NCBI GenBank assembly: GCA_951406725.2
Contig: OX597818.1
Coordinates: 119,164,001 to 119,228,000, forward strand
DNA from: Octopus vulgaris
Taxonomy: Eukaryota
Reading direction: 5' to 3'
DNA length: 64,000 bases
In this document: piece by piece, positions 53,630-64,000 of the stretch
Layout: each line of letters begins with the position of its first letter
How positions within the stretch are numbered: the first letter of the stretch is position 1
Program-made: the position numbers and the translations under genes
Notes under the pieces: generated by a model
The model's input: the letters and a program-made list of their open reading frames with translations, nothing else
Told to the model about the DNA's origin: nothing
Databases searched by the model: none

Positions 53630-53654
53630 ATGTGTGTGTGTATGTATATATATG

Positions 53655-53815
53655 ACGTGTTTCTTTCAGTTACCCTCTACAAATTCCACCCATATGGCTT
53701 TGGTCAGTCTGACGCTATGCTAGAAGACACTTGGCCAAGCTGTCACGCCGCGAGACTGAACCCAGAACCATACGGTTGGGAAGCAAGCTACTTACAACAC
53801 AGTTACGCCTGCGCC
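53655..53815 (-). mobile_element. SINE family A 5' half
   Basis: Head homology. Confidence 0.8.
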
Positions 53816-53873
53816 TCTATATATATGTACATTGTATCCATAGATGTATTTATGTGCGTCAGTGCGTATGTGT

Positions 53874-53949
<76 letters not shown>

Positions 53950-54315
53950 CAGTAGTAGTAGTGTTTGTGTATGCGTGTGCTTGAGAGGCGTTACAGATTT
54001 ACGTACGTCATGTAGTATATATGTATGCGAACTAATTTTGTTGATGTAAGCAAGGTGAAAGTGATAGCAATTTCTTTTGCTGAGTGTAAGGTGGTCTGCT
54101 TTGTGAATGAGTGATGAACATGTTTTACACGAGCTGAGGGCGTTTTAACGAAAGATTCTGATTAAGTACATTAATTACTACTGATAGGAAAGACAGACGA
54201 TATGTAGAGAAATGATATATAAGAAAATAATTAGAAAATCCTGTTGTGGATACCAAAATATGTCTGTGCCAATATATATATATATATATATGTATGTATA
54301 TAGATAGATAGATAA

Positions 54316-54410
<95 letters not shown>

Positions 54411-54647
54411 TATAGATAGATAGATAGATAGATTATAGATAGATAGATAGATAGATAGACAGATATATAGATAGATAGTAAGATAGATAAATAGATAGAT
54501 AGACAGATATATATATATATACATACATACATACATACATATATATATATATGTATGTATGTATGTAAGTATGTATGTATGTATGTGTGTGTGCGTCCAT
54601 GTGTATGTATCTCTCTCTGTGTACATATACGTTTATATATGTATAAG

Positions 54648-54680
<33 letters not shown>

Positions 54681-54855
54681 TATATATATATATTTATATA
54701 TATATGTATGCATGTATGTATGTATAAGCATTTATATACATTTATATACATACACATACAGTTATACAGTAATATCAAACTTAACATTTGAACTTCAAAC
54801 ACACATGTATGCGTATATATGTATGTATGTGTATATATATATATATATATATATA

Positions 54856-57410
54856 AGCACTCCCGCCTCAACCGCTGACAAAGAAGCAGCAGAGTCACTT
54901 TTCGACTTTACGAATGAGTTTTTCTTGTCCCAACTTGTCCTTGCACCAACAAGACATCAGAACATTTTGGACCTAGTGTTTAGTAACCACACTAACACTA
55001 TACATAACGTTACAGTGGAAAAAACCCTTCTTTCAGACAATGACATGGTTCTCTGTAACATGAAATTCCACCAGCCGAAAGCTAATCCTAGTGACCTTCC
55101 TCCAGCCCACCCATTTGACAACATGGATCTCCATAAAGCCAACTGGGATGCAATCAGGAACGAGCTATCAACTGTTGACTGGTCCTTTACACATACACAC
55201 ATCTCCACCAACCATAAACATCTTGGCAGATCTTTGTAGACACCGTCACAGACATATGTGCAAAACACTCCCCACCAAGACCTGTGAACAAAAAGTGCAG
55301 AATCCCCCAAAACAGAAAAACCATTATCAGAAAAATAAAAAGAACAAACAAAAAAATTAACAAACTAAAGTACTGCCAACAGCAACACACACATTCGACG
55401 GCTATCGCACTGCTTGAATCCAAAAAATATAACCTCCAACAATGCATGAAGACCCTCATCAATAACCAAAGATCAGCTGAGGAGAAGTGGGCCATTGAAA
55501 AAATCAAACTCAACCCCAAAGTGTTCCTTTCATTTGCGAGGAAACGCAGGGTCACTGTCTCCACTGTAGGCCCTCTAATTGACGAAACTGGCACTCTCCA
55601 AGATAATGCCAAATCCATGGCCGAGATACTGCAGAAACAATACTGCTCTGTTTTCAGCAATCCTGATATGGCCGATCTGGGCTGTATCAGTGATGTCAAC
55701 CCCCAACACACTATATCGGACATAACGTTTAGTGCCCCTGATGTCTTAGCGGCGATAAACGAAATAAAACACAATTCAGCAGTAGGCCCCGATAGGTTCC
55801 CTGCTTGTGTCCTGAAGGTGTGTCGACACCAACTTGCATCTCCCCTTGCTAATCTGTGGAGAAACTCACTGGATGCTGGCTATATTCCAAAAAACCTTCT
55901 GTCCCAGTCTGTTGTCCCAGTTTTCAAAAAGGGAAACAAGTCCCTTGCAGTGAATTACCGTCCGATCTCACTCACCTCTCATATCATCAAGGTATTTGAG
56001 AGGGTGGTGAGATCTCGAATAACCCAATTTCTGGAAAGCAACAGACGGCTGATCTCCAACCAACATGGGTTCCGTAATGGAAGGGACTGCCTAACGCAGC
56101 TCCTGCATCACTTTGAGGACATTTTGAGAGCTTTGGGAGAGGGCTCCAACACCGATGTCATCTACCTTGATTTCAGTAAGGCCTTCGACAGGGTCGATCA
56201 CAAGATCCTATTGAAAAAACTATCCAACATTGGTGTCTCTGGAAAGTTACTGAAATGGATTAAGTGTTTCCTGACAGACAGATCTCAACATGTTGTAGTT
56301 GAAGGGGCAAAATCAAGCCCAGCCAAAGTCAGTAGTGGCGTTCCGCAAGGCACTGTGCTGGGCCCACTTCTTTTCATCATTTACAATAATGACATTAATG
56401 ACATCATCAAGCACAGCAACATAAAAATTTTTGCAGATGACTCCAAGCTACAGAAGGTCATAAATGAGGCGAGTGACCGGACATGCCTTCAGTCAGATCT
56501 ACTGGCTGTTATCCAATGGGCAGAAAAAAACAATATGCTGCTGAACGAGGATAAATTTGAGCTAATCCACTTTGGAAAAGAGGATGCCCTGAAACTCCCA
56601 TACTCCCTTCCTTCAGGTGAAACTCTCGCGGCGTCCAACAACATCAGAGACTTGGGAGTAATTGTGGACAACAACGTAAGCTGGGCCACTCATATAAACA
56701 CCAAAGTTGACATGGCCCGCAGAATGTGTTCCTGGATTCTCAGAACTTTCCAGTCGAGAGATATCCACACCATTATCCTTCTCTTCTCCACTTTTGCCCG
56801 ACCCCACCTTGAATACTTTTGTCCACTGTGGTCTCCCCACACAATACAAGGTATCATAAAAGTTGAAGCACCTCAAAGGGCAATCACAAAAAAGATAGAT
56901 GGCATGACAGGCCTCGACTATTGGGGTCGGCTAGAAAAGCTAAAACTCTATTCTCTCCAACGTCGTCGTGAGCGCTACATCATCTGCATGATGTGGAAAA
57001 TATTCCATCAGCATTGCCCAAATGATGTTGGCATCACCTTTAAGGTACATCCAAGGCTTGGGCCCCGTGCCATCCGCCCAAAACAAAAATCGCACTCTCA
57101 TCTCATAACAACAATACGGCACAATTATTTCACCTCAATTGGCCCCGCTCTCTTTAACATTACACCAAAACACATTAAAACAGAAACTGACCCTATAGGG
57201 TTCAAGAAGTCTTTGGACAGATTCCTTCAAGAAATCCCGGATAAACCCCCTACACCCGGATATGTCTCTGTAAACAATAACTCTCTACTTGAGTGGGCCA
57301 TAGTGCCCAAATTCTGACTTGAAAGACTTCACCAGGTGGTGCTATTAAGTTAGACATGGCCTGGGCCAATAATGGCCGAAACCTATCAAAGTATCAAAGT
57401 ATCAAAGTAT
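54856..57410 (+). mobile_element. 5'-truncated CR1/L2-group LINE with stem-loop and (TATCAAAG)3 tail, in (TA)n
   Basis: End of APE domain (PTRHQNILDLVFSN..LSDNDMV), frameshift near 55200, RT ORF, GGCC-AATAAT-GGCC hairpin, 8-bp tail repeat 57384-57407. Confidence 0.93.
55284..57317 (+). CDS. LINE ORF2 reverse transcriptase (uninterrupted 677-aa part)
   Basis: NYRPISLTS, QHGFR, YLDFSKAFDRVDH, GVPQGTVLGPLLF, FADD, RDLGVIVD. Confidence 0.95.
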   Translation: MNKKCRIPQNRKTIIRKIKRTNKKINKLKYCQQQHTHSTAIALLESKKYNLQQCMKTLINNQRSAEEKWAIEKIKLNPKVFLSFARKRRVTVSTVGPLIDETGTLQDNAKSMAEILQKQYCSVFSNPDMADLGCISDVNPQHTISDITFSAPDVLAAINEIKHNSAVGPDRFPACVLKVCRHQLASPLANLWRNSLDAGYIPKNLLSQSVVPVFKKGNKSLAVNYRPISLTSHIIKVFERVVRSRITQFLESNRRLISNQHGFRNGRDCLTQLLHHFEDILRALGEGSNTDVIYLDFSKAFDRVDHKILLKKLSNIGVSGKLLKWIKCFLTDRSQHVVVEGAKSSPAKVSSGVPQGTVLGPLLFIIYNNDINDIIKHSNIKIFADDSKLQKVINEASDRTCLQSDLLAVIQWAEKNNMLLNEDKFELIHFGKEDALKLPYSLPSGETLAASNNIRDLGVIVDNNVSWATHINTKVDMARRMCSWILRTFQSRDIHTIILLFSTFARPHLEYFCPLWSPHTIQGIIKVEAPQRAITKKIDGMTGLDYWGRLEKLKLYSLQRRRERYIICMMWKIFHQHCPNDVGITFKVHPRLGPRAIRPKQKSHSHLITTIRHNYFTSIGPALFNITPKHIKTETDPIGFKKSLDRFLQEIPDKPPTPGYVSVNNNSLLEWAIVPKF

Positions 57411-57893
57411 ATATATATATATATATATATAAATGTGTATATGTATGTGTGTGTGCGTGTGTGTTCGTGTGTGCGTTTAAGTGAATATATGTACTGTGTT
57501 AGCATCTGCATGTGTATTTGTGTGTGTGCTGTCCGTGTATATATCCGAGAGTGTAAACTGAGAGAATATAATAAGGCGAGCAGATAAAGCAGCAGCTGCA
57601 AGAACTCTAAAACAATAGCAGCAAATCAAAAGTGTAACAAAATGAAAAATAAGAAGACATAACTATAGAGAATATGTTAGAGAGAGTTTTAATTAAATAC
57701 CACATTGCGCACACATGAACGCACAATTAATGAGTGACCCACTGATTTACTCATCATACTGAGTTTCTCCTACAGTAGGATAATTTCTGCATTAAAAAGG
57801 GGGTCGCCTCCAATATGAGATTTAGAACTGACGACATGCATACGAATGTCCATTAAGGGCTCAATAAAACCTCTAGTCGCACACGCACACACA

Positions 57894-57939
<46 letters not shown>

Positions 57940-58041
57940 CTATCCTACTATAGCCCGGGGTCGACCAAATCCTCGTGAGTGGATTTCTTAGACGGAAACT
58001 GAAAGAAGTATTTCGTGTGTGTGTGTATATATATATATATA

Positions 58042-59330
58042 CGAGGGACGTTCAATAAGTAATGCCTCTGACCCACTTGCAGTTGTTTGATCTAGCTGAA
58101 ATTTTGCATGTGCAATCATTTATATCTCTATAGAGTAAGTGGCAAATCACAGCACTGAATTAATTGTGGTTTCTGATTTACATGTGTTTGAACCGAGTCA
58201 AGTGTTAAATGGAGCCTGTTGAGTGTGGAGCAGTGATCCGGTTTTTGTATTTGGAAGGACGCACACCACGGGAGACTTTTGATGAAATGAAAGTAACTTA
58301 TGGTGATGATTCTCCATCATATGCCCTTGTAAAACGCTGGCATCGTGAATTCAAACATGGTCGGAACTCTGTGGAAACAGCTCCCAGATCTGGTCGCCCC
58401 CTTCTTCCATTGATGAGGCATCTGTCCGTCAAGTTGAGGCTGCCATTTTGGAAGATCGACGCATAACTATTCGCCAAATAGCCCATGAGGTCAAGATTAG
58501 TACCGGGTCCGTGGAAACTATCATTCATGACCATTTGCATATGCAAAAGGTATCTGCCAGATGGATTCCCAGGTTGCTCACGCCTTTCCAAAGCAAGAAC
58601 GCGTCGAGTGCTCGAGGGTGAATTTGGAGATGTGCCAAGAAGATGAGTCAACATTTTTCAAAAGACTGATTACACAGGCTGAAACCTGGGTCCATCACGA
58701 TGATCCAGAGACCAAAGCCCAGTCAATGCAGTGGAAGCACCGTGACTCACCCCCTCCAAAGAAGGCAAGGGTGCAGCCCTCCGCTGGCAAGGTCATGCTC
58801 ACAGTCTTCTGGGACCAGGACGGGGTAGTGATGACAGATTTCCTGGCAAAGGGTACCACAATTGCAGGAGTCTATTATGCTTCACTTTTGAGGAAATTAA
58901 GAGAAGTTATCAAAATCAAGAGGCGGGGCAAGATCAGCAAAGGCATCCTCCTCCTGCAGGACAACGCTCCGGTCCACAACTCGCTTGTCGCCAGATCAGA
59001 AGCACAGGCGTATGGCTATGAACTCCTCCCCCATCCCCCTACTTTCCTGACCTTGCACCCTCTGATTTTCACCTCTTCCCAGTCATGAAGTTGTTTTTGA
59101 AAGGAAAGCGTTTCCCAGATGATGCAGCCTTGATTTCTGAAGTCGTGTTCAGGTTGGAGGACCAAGCTGGGGTCTTCTATAAAAACGGTCTCCAGAGCTG
59201 CATCAAACAATGGGAGAAATGCTTAACTCTGGGTGGTTCCTATGTAGAAAAAGACTAATAACTGTGCTAAGTTTCGTTGCTCTACTCCTATGGGAAGTGG
59301 GTCAGGGGCATTACTTATTGAAGGCCCCTC

Positions 59331-59331
<1 letters not shown>
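58042..59331 (+). mobile_element. Full-length mariner (irritans-like, 1290 bp) with frameshifted transposase 58209-59258, in (TA)n
   Basis: TIRs CGAGGGACGTTCAATAAGTAATGCCTCTGACCCACTT / reverse complement; WIPRLL, TQAETW (first D lost), QDNAPVH, FPDLAPSDFHLF. Confidence 0.93.
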
Positions 59332-59366
<35 letters not shown>

Positions 59367-59368
<2 letters not shown>

Positions 59369-59680
59369 TCAAAATCAAGGAACGGCCATAATAGGCCATT
59401 CACCCACTAGAAATAACAGCCAAAGCTTCAACCGCAAAACAACATTAATTCCGCAAACCAGGAGAAAATTAAAAAAACATTTACCCTGGTTTGCGGAATT
59501 AATGTTATTTTGCGGTTGAAGCTTTGGCTGTTATTTCTAGTGGGTGAATGGCCTATTATGGCCGTTCCTTGATTTTGATGTTGAATTTATAAATGGTCTA
59601 TGACTATTTAATTTTTTCCCACTAGGCCGCTGGTGGCAAAAAAATTCTACGAAATTTTTTGCCACCCTATATTGATTAAT
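59367..59680 (+). mobile_element. Short palindromic PLE-end insertion related to 4600-5400
   Basis: Arms 59367-59462 and 59485-59580; unpaired tail 59581-59680 ending ACCCTATATTGATTAAT. Confidence 0.8.
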
Positions 59681-59808
59681 AAATATATATATATATAAAT
59701 GTATGTATGTATATATGTGTGTTTATGTCTGGTGTTTGCCAAACTAGGTAAATTAAATAAAACCTTCGAACAGAGATGATCAGTGGCGACACTTGCTGGG
59801 TCGACTAC

Positions 59809-59851
59809 GCTACATTGACAAAGGGCAAATACCCTGAAACGCGTCTGTAGC
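59809..59851 (+). ncRNA. Decayed type I HHR inside a pseudo-LTR-like repeat (59745-59980)
   Basis: GCTACA-TTGACAA-AGGG-CAAATA-CCCT-GAAACGCGTC-TGTAGC; stems perfect, core has two transitions. Confidence 0.65.
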
Positions 59852-60020
59852 TGTCTGACTGGCAGTGTGAAGCGGCTGACCTCCCTTATTCGAAGGTTAT
59901 AATGGACACAGTTTGTGTGTCAAATAGCTAGCTTAAGGCGATAGCCTCATGGAGCTAATCAGCGACAGCTTTTAGTCTTATATCTATAAGACTGCCATAT
60001 TAATATGGCGATAACAATTA

Positions 60021-60053
<33 letters not shown>

Positions 60054-60187
60054 ATATATATGTCTATATGTTTATATAGGCATATATATATATATATATA
60101 TTTATATATAGCTATATATATACATATAGATAGATATACAAATATATACATATATATGCATACACACACACATATATATATACGCAT

Positions 60188-60275
<88 letters not shown>

Positions 60276-60938
60276 TCACTTATAACACTTATCACTTATA
60301 AGAATTATAACACCATTCCTGTCACGCAGGCGTTAAACTAACACCTTGCTCTTAAACGCTATTTTTTGCAGATGCCTTATTGCTTTATTCCTCTTGCTTT
60401 TACATTTTGATTTCATTGTACATAACTTGGAATGTGTGTGTTTGTGCGTGCGTGTGTGTGTGTGTGTCTACCCGTGTGCTTATGTCTACTTGTGTGTCTA
60501 TGTCTGCCATTGTATGTGTGTGTGAGAGAGAGAGTGAAGGGCGAGAGAGAGAGAGAGAGAGCAACAATAATTGCAGTAACCTTCCCTTTTCACTTACCGT
60601 CATGAGCAAACGTTCCCGCATTATATAAAATCATTGTAAGTGTTAATGCTAATACGCTTGACGTAGTTACTGCGCATGGAGATAGTTGAAAGTTTGCGTA
60701 CGACGCTTCAGCGCTTTCACGACAGGCTTGAAAATCGTGTGCAATTCACTATAGACTGTTAACTTTAGATATGATAATCATGTTTCTCCACTTTAATAAA
60801 CATAGTCTGTTCTGTATCAGCTAATGTTTCCACAGTCTAAAATATAGTTAATTTACCTATATCGCCTCAGTTAATTACGACGTATGTGTATATACATGTA
60901 TACACACACACACACACTCTCTCACACACACACACACT

Positions 60939-60995
<57 letters not shown>

Positions 60996-60996
60996 A

Positions 60997-61057
<61 letters not shown>

Positions 61058-61059
<2 letters not shown>

Positions 61060-61381
61060 TATTTGAGGGAATAAAATCCAAACTTACAAGGAAAAAGAAT
61101 TCAATTTAGAAATACTAAATCAAGTTCCACACAATATAATGTACATATAAAATATTGGAAACAAACCACCTTTTATCAATTCAAAATGAATAATTAAATT
61201 ACAACATCTAGAAAATTACATATAATAGAAAAGTTAAAATTAAAATAACAATTAAAAAGCAAAGATTAAGTAAATTACAAAAATAATATAATTCTAATTT
61301 TAACTTTTCTATTATATGTAATTTTCTAGATGGTGTAATTTAATTATTCATTTTGAATTGATAAAAGGTGGTTTTTTTCTA

Positions 61382-61393
<12 letters not shown>
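61058..61393 (-). mobile_element. AT-rich palindrome with one-sided tail (PLE-end-like architecture)
   Basis: Arms 61145-61246 and 61291-61393; tail 61058-61144 matches 50740-50820; arm matches 51390-51480. Confidence 0.6.
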
Positions 61394-61431
<38 letters not shown>

Positions 61432-61728
61432 CATACATACATACATACATACATACACACATACATACATACATACATATATATATGCGCGTGTGTGTGT
61501 GCGTATGCGTGTGTATTATATATATATAATACACACACATACACACATATATAAATATACGCATATATGTCTGGTGGTTGTCTACTCCTTATGCAGAGTT
61601 TGACCACCTCCTGTACCTACACCTTAGAACTATGTTTTGAAAAGACCCCCACATAGGTTGCATATCCGATTTTGACCACCCAGAGCTGCAGATAAGTTCT
61701 GATCTTTGTGAATTTTAAAATGCGGATC

Positions 61729-61799
<71 letters not shown>

Positions 61800-62009
61800 G
61801 ATATGTGTTTTTTAAAGGGAGTTCCCGAACTTTGTAAATATGTGCTTGAGTTAGTGTGTCAATTGAACTGTTGATGCATCAATCATCGTCATCAATATCT
61901 GAAAGGATCACTTTTTTGTTCTTGAGATTCATTGTCAACTGAAAGACATGTTTATATTAACAGTCAAAAGTTCCACTATTAATAAATCTGATCGCAGTTC
62001 CTTCGACTT

Positions 62010-62374
62010 TGGTATGTATGTATATGTGTATGCATGTATTATATATATATGTATGCATGTATGTATATATGTATGTATGCATTATGTATTTATGTGTTAT
62101 GTATGTATGTATGTATGTATTATGTATATATGTATGCATGTATGTATATATGTATGTATGTATTATGTATTTATGTGTTATGTATGTATGTATGTATTAT
62201 GTATATATGTATGTATGCATGCATGTATGTATATATGTATGTATGCATGCATGTATGTATGTATGCATGTATGTATATATGTATGCATGTATTTATGTAT
62301 GTATGTATGCATGTATGTATGTGTGAGGATATATATGTATGCATGTATGTATGCATGTATGTATATATGCATGC

Positions 62375-62407
<33 letters not shown>

Positions 62408-62438
62408 TGTATGTATGTATGTATGTATGTATGCATGT
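62010..62438. repeat. (TATG)n/(CATG) degenerate microsatellite
   Basis: Direct reading. Confidence 0.95.
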
Positions 62439-62769
62439 AAGCAGTGATTCGAAATAAACAATTTTTAGTTCTCACATGATAATGACGTGTTTTAACTTCT
62501 AATAATGGACATTGTACAACTTTAGCATAAGTGAGAATGTTATCCATGTTAAACTGCATCAAAATTGCATTCTGATGTTGAATTATGTCTCAAACTTTAA
62601 TTAATTAATCTAATATATTTTGTACATGCGTGGGCGTTTTCGAGTTTGTTTGTGTGTGTGTGTGCGCGCGCGTCCTTTCATGTGTATGTGTGAAGTATAA
62701 AGTTTTATATAAATATTTCTTGGTAAAATTTTCAATGTTACTAAAACTTTTTCTAACATTAAAACATAC

Positions 62770-63010
62770 TAATTTTATAAAAATGTTTCGAAGAAGCAGA
62801 TTAACACAGAGCTGATGGAACGAAGTTTGTGTTCCCAGCCTTTACATATGTGTTATAAAGTAATCCATATAAAAGAACTTTTTTCAATACGGATTACTTC
62901 TACGACGTGTGCTTGAAAAGCTGAAAACAGCGAAACGCGCACTTACAGAGAAATCTTCCTTGCATCAACAATGCATTAATCTGCTACTTTTAAAAGAATT
63001 TTTTAAATGA
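62770..63010. repeat. Old imperfect palindrome (MITE-like)
   Basis: AGCAGATTAA/TTAATCTGCT, AAGTAATCC/GGATTACTT and CAGC/GCTG pairs symmetric about ~62878. Confidence 0.6.
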
Positions 63011-63089
63011 ATTTCTTTTCAGTGTAGGAAGTTTCTTTTATCTTTTTAATAAACGCACACATCCAAACATACATATGTGTGTGGGAGTA

Positions 63090-63570
<481 letters not shown>

Positions 63571-63960
63571 TTATTGATTGATTGATTGTCTGTGAACCTC
63601 AGGTTAAATAATTTATGATATTCTTAAATAACTGAACTTGCAATACAAAATAATGTATTTGGGGGCAACCTGAAATTAGATAATGTCTTTTATTTCGATT
63701 TTTGATGTAAAACAAACCCAGTGAAGGTTTAAGTGTACCATTACTTAGAAAATTACTAATTGTAAATCTCACAACGAGAGATATTCAGCAAGAGTACTTT
63801 GGAGTAAAGATTATTTGCCAACGTAACATGACAGTCCTGGTTTAAGACGAATGATGCTGTAATTTAGCCCCAGGAGATATCTTCTCCAGCTGGCACTATC
63901 TGTGTCCTTATATTTTCGAATAAGGGAATCTACCACACCCACTCAGCTCAAAACAATATC

Positions 63961-64000
63961 TGTGTATCGCGATTTCCGGGTTATTTCCCTTCATCAGCAT
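63961..64000 (-). ncRNA. Type I HHR (cut by the window edge), same family as 59809
   Basis: Minus strand TG-CTGATGA-A-GGG-AAATAA-CCC-G-GAAA-TCGCGA-TA-CA; downstream CCCTTATTCGAA..GGACACAG shared with 59884-59912. Confidence 0.7.

Noticed and set aside
57360-57385. GGCC hairpin followed by GAAAC, resembling an HHR half
   Set aside because: No upstream CUGANGA; it is the LINE 3' recognition stem-loop

Overview
AT-rich, microsatellite-saturated eukaryotic DNA (intronic or intergenic). The SINE families, the (TA)/(GATA)/(TATG) load and the TE mix suggest a cephalopod, probably Octopus; this is inference, not a database match. I found no supportable host protein-coding exon, and nearly all short ORFs in the track are translated microsatellites. 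Recognisable coding remnants are all transposon-derived: a 5'-truncated CR1/L2-group LINE with a 677-aa RT ORF, two Penelope-like (PLE) GIY-YIG fragments, RTE and R4/Dong LINE pieces, mariner/Tc1 relics and probable Helitron ends. There are also at least three tRNA-derived SINE families. The main hidden structure is about 17 hammerhead-ribozyme (HHR)-like motifs, from canonical to degenerate, in several PLE pseudo-LTR families. They often form long inverted repeats with an unpaired 3' tail, inserted in (TA)n. One of them is joined to a tRNA-like Pol III head, a candidate PLE-mobilised, ribozyme-bearing SINE. All structures were folded by eye and none was tested computationally.
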